Shown here: in pieces, positions 9,450 through 18,291 of the stretch
Layout of the letters: each line of letters opens with the position of its first letter
Numbering within the stretch: position 1 is the stretch's first letter
NCBI GenBank assembly: GCA_024686335.1
Contig: JAILCI010000040.1
Location: 6,585 to 70,584 of the forward strand
Direction of reading: 5' to 3'
Origin: Bacteroidales bacterium
Lineage (GTDB): Bacteria > Bacteroidota > Bacteroidia > Bacteroidales > WCHB1-69
DNA: 64,000 nucleotides
Notes under the pieces: generated by a model
The model's input: only the letters and a program-made list of their open reading frames with translations
What the model was told of the DNA's origin: nothing
The model's database searches: none
Position numbers and translations under genes: made by a program

Positions 9450-10037
9450 ATGAAAATATCCTCCATCGCCCTGTTCTGCGGATCCGCATCGGGCAAAAAT
9501 CCCCAATACGCCCAGTTGGCGAGTCGTTTCGGACAAATGTGTGCTGAAAAGGGACTCACCCTCTATTATGGTGGCGGTAGTATCGGTCTGATGGGCGAAG
9601 CGGCCACGGCTGCCATGAACAATGGCGGAACGGTGATTGGCGTGGCCCCCGACTTTTTCAAAAAGGGGCAGGTATTGGCTGACAACATCACCGAGATAAT
9701 CTATGTGAAGACCATGAGCGAGCGTAAGCAGTTGTTGGAAAAACGTGCAGACGCATTCGTGGTGCTGCCTGGCGGCTATGGCACCATGGATGAACTATTT
9801 GAGATCATCACCAACGCCCAGTTGGGCATGCACAGCAAGCCCGTGGCATTGTTCAACCCCAACGGCTTCTACGATCTGCTCATCGCCTAGCTACAGCGTT
9901 TCTGCGACGAAGGATTCCTCCGTTTGTTCCATCATGAGCTGCTCATCAACGCCTCTACCCTGGAAGATCTCTTCACCGGCCTGGACAACTACAAAAACAG
10001 CAACGGCCACAATTGGTTAGATAAGGTGAGGCACTGA
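9450..10037 (+). pseudogene. LOG family protein (TIGR00730-type, cytokinin riboside 5'-monophosphate phosphoribohydrolase-like) interrupted by an in-frame TAG at 9888-9890
   Basis: It carries the family motifs GGGSIGLMG and PGGYGTMDELFE. After the TAG the same frame continues as LQRFCDEGFLRLFHHELLINASTLEDLFTGLDNY..., the expected LOG C-terminus, up to the TGA at 10035-10037. The total is 195 codons, which is typical for the family. Confidence 0.75.
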
Positions 10038-10039
10038 AG

Positions 10040-10400
10040 GGAGATGTGATTTGTGAGGTGCGGTTGGCGAGATTCGATCTCCTTCCCCTTTCTTCTTCCT
10101 CACATAGCCCCACACTGCGCTGCGGACTCGTACCGAGCCCTGCACTATGATATCGCTTTCGTGATTCCCCCACACTGCACTGCGCTTGTGGGGTTAATTG
10201 CGCTTCGCGCGTCTTGCCTCTTCGAGGCTGCTCAAGGAAGATTTTTTCCATATATGTCATCATTATACTCATTATTCACTATTCGCTCATTCCGTTTCGG
10301 GGCGCGCGGCTCGCTCCACTCCGTTACGCGGCTCGCCGCCCCTCTACTCCACTCGCCACTTCCGCTCTTGGCTCAAAACATCGTGCCGGGTCCCTGTTAG
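10040..10400. repeat. GC-rich intergenic block with palindromes and short direct repeats
   Basis: CCCCACACTGC occurs at about 10108 and again at about 10168. The second copy forms the hairpin CCCCACA-12 nt-TGTGGGG (10168-10193). GGCTCGC/CCACTC motifs recur between 10300 and 10370. Confidence 0.5.
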
Positions 10401-11326
10401 TGAACTATGGAGAGGCGGAATCCGAAGTCGCTGAAGCGGTAGGCAGGGTTGATGTTGAAGCGGCGAGGCACTCGGCAGTGCCTGGCGCTACCGCTCCAGC
10501 TGCCACCGCGAAGCACACGGAGCGAGCCCGACGACGGACCCTCGGGGTTGGTTTGCGCCCCGCTGCTGTAACTCCCGTACCAGTCCGAGCACCATTCCCA
10601 CACATTGCCGGTCATGTCGTACAAGCCCAAAGCGTTGGGGCTCTTCCCCTTCACGGGATGCGTGCCGCTGCCGCCGTTCCCGTCATACCATGCCACCTCT
10701 CCAATGCTGTTGCCGCCCGCATACTTGTAGCCGCTCTTCTTGTTGCCGCCACGAGCAGCGTACTCCCACTGAGCCTCCGTCGGCAACGAGAACTTCCAGC
10801 CAGACGGAAGCTGGCTCGACACCATGCTGTTCAGCTTGCTGCAGAACTGCACCGCTTCCTCCCAGCTCACATAATACATCGGATACGAGGAGCCTTCGCC
10901 ACGCAACGACCAACTGCTGTTGACCTTGTCCCGCTGCTGGCTTACGGTGCTCCCCATCACCGCCTTCCACAACGCCTGCGTCACCTCCGTCTCCCCTATC
11001 CAGTAGTCGGACAAGGTCACGCTGTGTGCGGGGTTCTCGTCGCTATAGCAGTCGTCTCCCTGTTCGGAAGTGCAGCCCATGGTGAAGGTGCCGCCCTGGA
11101 CATAAACCATCTTGAAGGTCACGCCACTCACCGTGAACGTCAGGTTGGAATCGATGGCGTGGTTGCCGTCTTCGTCAATGGAGCGAGGTTCCTCCACCCG
11201 CAACGGGGGTTTCACCTCTTTGGTTATATTGAAACTCATACGCGGGGAGGTTGCCTCAGATTGCGAGTAGCCAGCAAGGCTGCAAATGATCAACAAAAAC
11301 AATGTCAGGGTAACAAATTTCTTCAT
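10397..11326 (-). CDS. Formylglycine-generating-enzyme (SUMF1/EgtB/PvdO) family lipoprotein
   Basis: The lipoprotein signal is MKKFVTLTLFLLIICSLAGYS. FGE-sulfatase-type motifs are NPAHSVTLSDYWIGETEVTQALW, GLYDMTGNVWEWCSDWY and RVLRGGSW. The ATG at 11326 is preferred over the GTG at 11341. Confidence 0.8.
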   Translation of the reverse strand: MKKFVTLTLFLLIICSLAGYSQSEATSPRMSFNITKEVKPPLRVEEPRSIDEDGNHAIDSNLTFTVSGVTFKMVYVQGGTFTMGCTSEQGDDCYSDENPAHSVTLSDYWIGETEVTQALWKAVMGSTVSQQRDKVNSSWSLRGEGSSYPMYYVSWEEAVQFCSKLNSMVSSQLPSGWKFSLPTEAQWEYAARGGNKKSGYKYAGGNSIGEVAWYDGNGGSGTHPVKGKSPNALGLYDMTGNVWEWCSDWYGSYSSGAQTNPEGPSSGSLRVLRGGSWSGSARHCRVPRRFNINPAYRFSDFGFRLSIVH

Positions 11327-11328
11327 AA

Positions 11329-11502
11329 TTATAAAAGCCACTTGATTTGATAATCAATATGTAATTGTCCGCTCCGGTTCTCACTTGTCCCGTCCAACAT
11401 ACTGTAGTATTTCTCGTAAAAGAAATACAGCACGGCTTCCTCCTCGTTGGCGAGGAGTCTTTCCAGGAGGTCGGCATCAGATATGTGCGGGTCTTTGATC
11501 AT
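11329..11502 (-). pseudogene. Truncated N-terminal fragment of a sigma-70/ECF-type sigma factor
   Basis: My translation gives MIKDPHISDADLLERLLANEEEAVLYFFYEKYYSMLD.... This resembles region-2 N-termini of Bacteroidetes ECF sigmas. It then diverges and stops after 57 aa, abutting the FGE gene start. It is below the track's size cutoff. Confidence 0.3.
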
Positions 11503-11980
11503 TATCGTTTCATGAATTCAGCATATTATATGTCTGCAAACCATCCTGTCATCCTTGGCCTTTCCTCGGTTTGCGCTGCAATAATAGCAATTTTCCTTAG
11601 TAAATCGTTCACTTACGCAAAAAAATCCCCGCACACCTACGGCGTGCGACCGTTCGCGCGCTGGCATTCGTTTTCTACCGAGCCCTTCAGCCCTAATGGG
11701 CTGAATCGTGGCGGGAAATTCAAACCTCTTCAACAAGCTAATACGCCCACTTAGTTTCTTAATTTCTTAGTTTCTTAACTCCCCATAAGGCCTGTAGCCA
11801 ATTGCTTCCAGCCATTATGTGCTAAAAGCAGAGCGGTTTCGCGTCCCAACACCCCATTTTTTCTCAAAATCAAATCCAGAAATTAACAATTATATATATT
11901 ATTTTTATCAGGTTTCCTGATATAGAAATTCAGTTTCATAATATATCTTGTAATTCTATGTTAAACAATCAGTTATAAAG

Positions 11981-12036
11981 AAAGTGTGTCCGTTCATTCT
12001 TCGGTTATGTAACGGTCACAGTTTCGGACACACTTT
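11981..12036. repeat. Perfect 12-bp inverted repeat (AAAGTGTGTCCG ... CGGACACACTTT) with a 32-nt spacer
   Basis: Read directly from the sequence. T/A runs flank both arms. It could be a bidirectional terminator or a small structured RNA. Confidence 0.5.
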
Positions 12037-12260
12037 TGGGCACAGAATTATCAAGGTGGATGTTTGGAAAGTCTGTCTGGAACAGCAGCAAGTAATGGGA
12101 AAGGAAATAGGGCTGTTACATTCCAAATTGTTGAAAGCCATTGTAAAGCAGTAGGTTCCAGTCTTATCCTAAATGAAAATGGAGCCGTTTCAAACAGCTC
12201 TCCCACAGAATGCATGACACAAAAAAAGCACCCCGAACTTGTGGTTTGGAGTGCCTGATG

Positions 12261-12333
12261 TGTCCCCTCAGGGACTCGAACCCTGGACCCATTGATTAAG
12301 AGTCAATTGCTCTACCAACTGAGCTAAGGAGAC
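12261..12333 (-). tRNA. tRNA-Lys (anticodon CTT)
   Basis: The reverse complement is GTCTCCTTAGCTCAGTTGGTAGAGCAATTGACTCTTAATCAATGGGTCCAGGGTTCGAGTCCCTGAGGGGACA. It has a 7-bp acceptor stem and the D-loop AGCTCAGTTGGTAGAGC. The anticodon stem is ATTGA/TCAAT with loop CTCTTAA. The T-arm is CAGGG-TTCGAGT-CCCTG. CCA is not encoded. Confidence 0.95.
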
Positions 12334-12404
12334 ATCTCTTAATCGCGTTGATTAACGGAGCGCAAAAGTATATTTTTTTTTTATCTTTGCAAAAAAAATT
12401 TCGT

Positions 12405-12944
12405 ATGAAAATTTATACCAAGACCGGAGATAAAGGTACCACCTCATTAGTCGATGGATCAAGAGTTTACAAGGATGATGCTCTATTGGAAGCCTACGGT
12501 ACTATCGACGAATTGAACGCTCAAATCGGCGTTGTCATCGCTCAGAATTCGGAGGAATTTCTCACTAAGGTGCAAAATATGCTTTTTGTAACGGGCAGTT
12601 TGTTGGCCACGCCACCAGAGAAGTGGGAGACCTTTTTCAAGGATGTGAAGTTGGATGAATTTACCAGCGAGATCGAAGCAGAAATTGACCGCATGCAGAC
12701 TGAACTCCCTAAGATGACAGGATTCATTTTACCTCAGGGAAACATGCTCATTGCAACCACTCATGTGTGCCGTACTGTATGCCGTAGAGCAGAGAGAAAC
12801 ATAGTAAAACTCATGCGTCAGGATGAGCGTTACGGGACCGTTCAAAAAATGATAAATCGACTCTCCGATTATCTGTTTATTTTGGCAAGAAATTACCATA
12901 AAAAATTCGGAATCGACGAAACTAATTGGAAATCAATAAAATAA
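12405..12944 (+). CDS. ATP:cob(I)alamin adenosyltransferase, PduO/MMAB type
   Basis: The N-terminus MKIYTKTGDKGTTSL and the motif AYGTIDELNAQIG are family hallmarks. The start was moved to the ATG at 12405. Confidence 0.85.
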   Translation: MKIYTKTGDKGTTSLVDGSRVYKDDALLEAYGTIDELNAQIGVVIAQNSEEFLTKVQNMLFVTGSLLATPPEKWETFFKDVKLDEFTSEIEAEIDRMQTELPKMTGFILPQGNMLIATTHVCRTVCRRAERNIVKLMRQDERYGTVQKMINRLSDYLFILARNYHKKFGIDETNWKSIK

Positions 12945-13028
12945 AATTTATTAAAAAATTACCATTTTTCTAAAATTTGTAGTATTTTTGCCGCCTCAAA
13001 AAATAAACATAAAAAAACAAAACGAATT

Positions 13029-13250
13029 ATGTATTGGACGTTAGAATTAGCTACAAAATTGGAGGATGCTCCTTGGCCAGCAACTCGTGATGAGCTTCTG
13101 GATTACGCCATCCGTTCTGGCGCACCTATGGAGGTGATTGAGAACTTGCAAGAGATCGATGATGAGGGTGAGACCTACGACTCCATCATGGATTTATGGC
13201 CTGACTATCCTACGAAAGATGACTTCTTCTTCAATGAGGATGAGTACTAA
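13029..13250 (+). CDS. DUF2795 domain protein
   Basis: The 73-aa acidic protein has the WPATRDELLDYA...GAPMEVIENLQ pattern typical of DUF2795. Confidence 0.65.
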   Translation: MYWTLELATKLEDAPWPATRDELLDYAIRSGAPMEVIENLQEIDDEGETYDSIMDLWPDYPTKDDFFFNEDEY

Positions 13251-13296
13251 ACGACAAATTCAACAACAAAATAAAACTGCTGTTTAACGGCTTTTA

Positions 13297-13323
13297 GACG
13301 CGCTAACATGGCGCGTTTTTTTA
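13297..13323. terminator. Rho-independent terminator, possibly bidirectional, between convergent genes
   Basis: ACGCGC-taacatg-GCGCGT is followed by a run of seven T. It lies between the stops at 13250 (+) and 13337 (-). Confidence 0.7.
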
Positions 13324-13336
13324 TGTCCGAATCCGA

Positions 13337-15334
13337 CTATAAGATCACTACTGCACCACCACCGGGAGCCAATTCGAGTTTCAACTTGCCATCAGCAGGC
13401 ACGTCAACGCTCTTCTTCTTATAGTCGCTACCCTTCCGATGGGCATTAGCGCCATCGACAAAAAGTGTAGCTTTGCCACTAGTAATGCCAAGTCCACTAA
13501 GGTCAACAGTGATGGTTCGGCTATCCCAATCGGTGATAGCTCCAATGTACCACTTGTTGCCATTACGACGGGCGGTGACGATATATTTGCCGACTTCACC
13601 GTCCAAGACACGGGTCTCATCCCAGACCGTGGGCACCTTGGCGATGAACTCCGTACACTCCGGCTCACTCAGATAGGCAGTCGGGGCGTCGCATAACATG
13701 GCAAATGGAGACTCAAAGATGACATATTCTGCCAGCTGACGACAGCGCGTGCCCTGACTCATCGGTTCACTCCAGAGCGGCTGATAACAACCCTTTGCAG
13801 CATTGCTCATCGCTCCCTGCGTAAAGTCCAGCGGACCTGCCAGCATTCTGATGAAGGGAATAGTGACCTCATACTTGACCATATCGACACTTGTGGGAGC
13901 CCACTTGCACTGCTCGAGGCCAAAGACACCCTCATAGTTCAACACGTTAGGATAGGTACGACTCAAACCCGTCGGCTTGTAGGCACCATGAAAGTCAATA
14001 AAGAGATGGTACTTGGCTGCAGTGGCTGCCATCCGTTCGTAGAAGTTGACAACAATCTGGTCGTCACGGTCCATAAAGTCGACCTTAAAGCCTTTAACGC
14101 CCATCTCTGAGTAGTGTTTGCACACCTTCTCCATATCTTTATCGATTGCGGCATAACCGGCCCAAAGGACGATTCCTACGCCCTTAGACTTCGCATAGTT
14201 CACTAACATTGGCAGATCGATCTCAGGCACCACCTGGAAGAGGTCGGCCTTTTTATTCACTGACCAACCCTCATCAAGGATAACATATTCCATGCCGCTC
14301 TTGGCAGCAAAATCAATATAGTATTTGTATGTGTCGTTATTAATTCCAGCCTCAAAATCAACACCCCAAATATTCCAGTTATTCCACCAGTCCCAAGCCA
14401 CCTTACCTGGCTTAATCCATGATATATCAGCAAGTTGTGACGGAGTAGCTAGCAGATAGACAAGATCATTGTTGGCCAGTTCCTTATCATTGCGAGAGAT
14501 GGCAATCACACGCCACGGATAGGTCCGCGTACCAGCAGTCTTGGCGATATACTCCTCGCGCTCTTTAACAAGATATTGCAAATTATTATGACCGCCCTGT
14601 TCCCATTTCTTAGGCACCGGAGCGAAGAAACCCATCACAGAGTTACCTTCCGTATGTTTGATATACATTCCGGGATAGTCGCGCAGATCCGACTCGGTGA
14701 TCACCACCTTGCGACCTTCGGGAAGTTCAACGAGCACTGGCATGAAAGCCAAGCGGTTATCGTTCATCTCCTTCAAGGGAATCTCCGTATAGGTGTTCTC
14801 AAATGAGGTGCAGAACTGTCTGGAAAAATCACCATTCTCAGTAGCTTTCTCTACCACATAGGGAATATAAGCATTCACATCTTGCGGAAAGTTGAACTCG
14901 GCCGTCTCGCTACGCACCTCTACAGAATCAGGGAAAGTAGTCTCGAAACGATAGGCAACACCACTATCGTAAACGCGGAACTTGACCTGGAAGTTGTTCT
15001 TGAAGACCAAGGCCAACTCGCTATAGTTGTCGGCGATAGTAGACTTCTTATATAGCGGCGTTGTCACCTGCTGACGGATGCTGTTGCGCGTGCCTTTTCT
15101 GAATGTCTTGGATGGATTTAAGCCAAGGACTCCCTGTTCTCCCAGGTCGAGCGAAATAGAGCTATTATCGATTACCTTACCATAATCATCATCGACAGTA
15201 TAGGTAATCGCATCACCACCCACCTGAACCGTCACTTTCAGGCGATGGTCGGGCGAGTATGCGAAAAAGGTTGTCTGGGCATTAACGGTCACAATAGCGA
15301 CCAGAAGCGATAAACAGGCGATAAGTTTCTTCAT
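13337..15334 (-). CDS. Glycoside hydrolase family 97 alpha-glucosidase (SusB-like)
   Basis: The signal peptide is MKKLIACLSLLVAIVTVNAQ. The conserved GH97 core is GVKGFKVDFMDRDDQ...FHGAYKPTGLSRTYPNVLNYEGVFGLE. Confidence 0.85.
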   Translation of the reverse strand: MKKLIACLSLLVAIVTVNAQTTFFAYSPDHRLKVTVQVGGDAITYTVDDDYGKVIDNSSISLDLGEQGVLGLNPSKTFRKGTRNSIRQQVTTPLYKKSTIADNYSELALVFKNNFQVKFRVYDSGVAYRFETTFPDSVEVRSETAEFNFPQDVNAYIPYVVEKATENGDFSRQFCTSFENTYTEIPLKEMNDNRLAFMPVLVELPEGRKVVITESDLRDYPGMYIKHTEGNSVMGFFAPVPKKWEQGGHNNLQYLVKEREEYIAKTAGTRTYPWRVIAISRNDKELANNDLVYLLATPSQLADISWIKPGKVAWDWWNNWNIWGVDFEAGINNDTYKYYIDFAAKSGMEYVILDEGWSVNKKADLFQVVPEIDLPMLVNYAKSKGVGIVLWAGYAAIDKDMEKVCKHYSEMGVKGFKVDFMDRDDQIVVNFYERMAATAAKYHLFIDFHGAYKPTGLSRTYPNVLNYEGVFGLEQCKWAPTSVDMVKYEVTIPFIRMLAGPLDFTQGAMSNAAKGCYQPLWSEPMSQGTRCRQLAEYVIFESPFAMLCDAPTAYLSEPECTEFIAKVPTVWDETRVLDGEVGKYIVTARRNGNKWYIGAITDWDSRTITVDLSGLGITSGKATLFVDGANAHRKGSDYKKKSVDVPADGKLKLELAPGGGAVVIL

Positions 15335-15385
15335 AATTTTGAATTTGCAAAGCGCAAAAATAAACAAAATTATGAAGAAAACTCA

Positions 15386-16171
15386 CTATTCAGGAAGTTC
15401 GGGTAATTTTGGGACATCTCCTTCGGCAGAAGAATCTTCTTCCTGTTGTTTCTGTTCTCCTTCCTGCTGCTGCGGTTCTTCCTCTTGGTGCGCAGCTCCT
15501 TCATCTTCAGGATGATTATTAAAGTGTTCCTTCATGGGTTTGAAAGAGGCGACAACCAGCACAGCAACAAACAGGGCGAAGATAGCTAACAAGATGTATA
15601 GCAGAATATTGCGTAAACGGTTGGGATCGCGCACCTTCTGAACGGGCATCAGTTCTGGCTCATAATTCTCCACAACATCGTATGTACTGAGGTCTCCATC
15701 ATCGTAAAAAGTATCCGAATAGAACACTGTCAGTCCTTCAGGTTGACCGTTTTTGGTAGACGGAAGCACTTCTATAGTCACAGGATCGAGTTGCATCTTC
15801 TTGCCGCCCACCGTAATCTGATTTGCCGGGATAGTCAACATACCAATCGTATCTGCGGAGAGATAGAAGATGTGCTCACGGCGAGTCTTGGAATAGCGTT
15901 TGCCGTTTTCCACCTTCATGGAACTGCTCGTATTGGAGCCTTGGCCACTCACCATAAAGGGACCGAAGTCAGGGTCGTTGATATCGGCCTTTGCATTTGT
16001 GATGACCGTATAAGTAAAAAGTTCGCCCTTGGCCACCTGTTTAGGAGCACGGACCTCGCAGGTCGGTTTGAACGATTTGTTCTGTGTCTGCGCTGCCAGC
16101 GGCATCACGAACCATACCATCAGCAGACTCAGGCAGGCAATAAGATAAGATTTGCGAACATTCATCTTCAT
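15386..16171 (-). CDS. BatD-like protein with a C-terminal TM helix and an acidic/Gln-rich cytoplasmic tail
   Basis: It has a signal peptide and a BatD-type N-terminal beta domain (VRAPKQVAKGELFTYTVI). The TM helix is ILLYILLAIFALFVAVLVVA and the tail is HQEEEPQQQEGEQKQQEEDSS. Its start overlaps the upstream stop as TAATG. Confidence 0.55.
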   Translation of the reverse strand: MKMNVRKSYLIACLSLLMVWFVMPLAAQTQNKSFKPTCEVRAPKQVAKGELFTYTVITNAKADINDPDFGPFMVSGQGSNTSSSMKVENGKRYSKTRREHIFYLSADTIGMLTIPANQITVGGKKMQLDPVTIEVLPSTKNGQPEGLTVFYSDTFYDDGDLSTYDVVENYEPELMPVQKVRDPNRLRNILLYILLAIFALFVAVLVVASFKPMKEHFNNHPEDEGAAHQEEEPQQQEGEQKQQEEDSSAEGDVPKLPELPE

Positions 16172-17538
16172 TAGATTTTATAGGTTTTGGCTTTATTATT
16201 TTTTGATTTCTGACTGTCTTCAGAAGGACGAGCAGGACCAGGGGTTACTTCTATGTTATAATCCTGAGAGGTGATAATCTTATGGGAACCTGTGTCATAA
16301 TCATAGTAATAATAGGAAGCACTTGGGATATAATATGTTCCTTCAGAATGTGGAATAATAGTGAACTGGAAAGTCTTTGTACCCGTTATATAATCACCTT
16401 TAGCAGTGATATTATTAACAACCTTAGGATATGTCACATCGCAATCGTCTGGGAAGGTGATATCCAGATCATCAGCACTGATTTGATGGAGGTTGCCGCT
16501 GCCTGAGATAGTTACCGAGTATACCAAGCGCTCATTGGGATGACATTCGGTACGGCTCAGATTTGAAGTCATGGTAAAGCCACCCACTACTTCTGTCTTA
16601 TTTGGATTTCCGCCAGGCAAAGCTTTCACCTTAACTGTAAGGTCGTTGGAGGAAAGGGAGATCTCTTTTCTACGATAGGAAGATATATTGCCCCAGAAAG
16701 GATCTTTTACGACTGCAGGAACGCGGATAGAGAGGTTGACATTCAACTTGGGGATAGTCAACTTGCCTGTTTTGGTCGGATAGAAGGCTGCCTGATCAAA
16801 GACAAAAACAGTGTAATTCTTGCCATTGATCGTCTCAGTTTTACGTTCTTGGCGAGGGAGATCAAGAGAACCTATCCAAAAATCTTCTGAATAATCGTTC
16901 GAGGCGCGTTCAACACTATAGCCAGAGATGTCATCTTTGACATAAAGTCTGTAGGTCACCACAATGCCCTCACCTTGGAAAGCCTCCAGTTTCGAAGAGG
17001 TTGCTTTAATAAAAATATCGTTCTTGCCGATTTTGTCCTCTACTTGAACCTTTTCTTTTTCAGATGGTTGTTCTTGTGGTTGTCCCCACTGTGGAAAATC
17101 AAAAGATGGAAACATGTCGTCCCATGCCGAGCGACTCTCATCCTGATAATTGGCAGATTTGGAAACGGTTACGGTCACCGAGTTAGTCGCCACGATCTTA
17201 CCGTCGATAGACAATGACACGCCAGGGATGGTAAAGGTTCCTTCCTTATGTCCTGACAAGTAGTAAGTATAGGTATATGTGGTGTTTTGTTCCACATGAC
17301 CATTCATCATGGAGATGGATGTGCTAGTGCCCATGCTCGGACCGCTCACCAGTTCGAACTTGCCGAAATCGGTGGAGACGATTTCACCTTGGTGATTCAC
17401 GGAGACTGTATATTGGAAAGGTTTGTCCAAAGGTACCTGAGAGGGAGCCTTGGCAAAACAGGTGTCTTGGGCCATAGCGGTCGCAGCTGTAAGCATTACA
17501 CAGATAACCAACGAAATAACTTGTTTTAGATTTCTCAT
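16171..17538 (-). CDS. BatD-like exported protein (no membrane anchor)
   Basis: It has a signal peptide and repeated BatD-type beta-sandwich segments (AKAPSQVPLDKPFQYTVSV; GEGIVVTYRLYV). Confidence 0.55.
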   Translation of the reverse strand: MRNLKQVISLVICVMLTAATAMAQDTCFAKAPSQVPLDKPFQYTVSVNHQGEIVSTDFGKFELVSGPSMGTSTSISMMNGHVEQNTTYTYTYYLSGHKEGTFTIPGVSLSIDGKIVATNSVTVTVSKSANYQDESRSAWDDMFPSFDFPQWGQPQEQPSEKEKVQVEDKIGKNDIFIKATSSKLEAFQGEGIVVTYRLYVKDDISGYSVERASNDYSEDFWIGSLDLPRQERKTETINGKNYTVFVFDQAAFYPTKTGKLTIPKLNVNLSIRVPAVVKDPFWGNISSYRRKEISLSSNDLTVKVKALPGGNPNKTEVVGGFTMTSNLSRTECHPNERLVYSVTISGSGNLHQISADDLDITFPDDCDVTYPKVVNNITAKGDYITGTKTFQFTIIPHSEGTYYIPSASYYYYDYDTGSHKIITSQDYNIEVTPGPARPSEDSQKSKNNKAKTYKI

Positions 17539-17597
17539 AGTAGAATATTTTTAAACAAAAGCGATTGTGTAACGAAAAAGCTCTGCTTTTATTGTGT

Positions 17598-18233
17598 TTA
17601 TTTTCTCCCAAAATCTGCAGGAATCTCGCCCCAGACAGGCGTATTCCATTTATATATTGGGGTGCAATAGGTATTTGTGCGAAGCCAATATTCAGCACGA
17701 TTTAAGAGATCAAAAATAGCAGCATTTTCCTCCGTGGGAAGGATAATAGATTTATGTTTCTTGGCGCGCACCCACGCCATAGCTGTCACGCTATCGGAAT
17801 AGATAGGGATTTGGAGATTTCTCTGTTTCAGCAAGGCCAGGCCATGCACCAAAGCCAAAAACTCGCCAATATTATTACTGGCGCCCGGAAAGGGCCCTTT
17901 GTGAAACCAAACCTCCTTGGTGCGAGTATGCACACCTCTATATTCCATAACCTTGGTTACAGTATTCCAAGCAGCGTCCACTGAGAGGCTTTCCAAGATA
18001 GGCTCGCCAGCATTAGCTGCATTCTGCGGTGCCATCTTATTCTGTGCCGGATTTTTCTTGTAATACAACTCATATCCATCATTAAAAGCCTGTTGCGCGT
18101 CAGTCAGTGATTCGAAAGATTTATATCGTGCTCCATCATAGTGGAAAACCTCCTTTTTACACGCTTCCCAGCTCTCATATATTCCTGGATTCTCCCCCGC
18201 CCACACCACATAAAATTTTTGTTTTTTATTCAT
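17598..18233 (-). CDS. rnhA: Ribonuclease HI with an N-terminal RNA/DNA hybrid-binding (viroplasmin-like) domain
   Basis: The N-terminal domain reads FYVVWAGENPGIYESWEACKKEV..YKSF. The RNase H core follows with DAAW, NNIGEFLAL and IYSDS acidic motifs. Confidence 0.8.
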   Translation of the reverse strand: MNKKQKFYVVWAGENPGIYESWEACKKEVFHYDGARYKSFESLTDAQQAFNDGYELYYKKNPAQNKMAPQNAANAGEPILESLSVDAAWNTVTKVMEYRGVHTRTKEVWFHKGPFPGASNNIGEFLALVHGLALLKQRNLQIPIYSDSVTAMAWVRAKKHKSIILPTEENAAIFDLLNRAEYWLRTNTYCTPIYKWNTPVWGEIPADFGRK

Positions 18234-18291
18234 AAATTTTGTATTATTGCCCGATTAAAAATTAAAAGGCAAAAATAAGTTAAATATCAAG

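Noticed and set aside
9888-9890. TAG as a reassigned sense codon
   Set aside because: Other clearly complete genes in the window end in TAG, so stop-codon reassignment is not supported. Nonsense mutation or a sequencing error is more likely.
10214-11350. A 378-aa plus-strand ORF, the longest ORF at this locus
   Set aside because: It is antisense to the FGE-family lipoprotein gene, which has strong family motifs. The ORF is Ala/Arg/Pro/His-rich, as expected for an antisense frame of GC-rich coding DNA.
11365-11754. The 129-aa plus ORF and the 72-aa minus ORF in the spacer after the FGE gene
   Set aside because: They overlap palindromic filler DNA and the sigma-factor remnant on the other strand. 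They show a low-complexity Arg/Gly/Pro composition and no motifs.
9200-12340. Calling a tRNA-Lys-associated genomic island or mobile element
   Set aside because: There is no integrase, transposase or recognisable att duplication of the tRNA 3' end. Only compositional and remnant evidence exists, so it is reported as an observation and not as a mobile_element feature.
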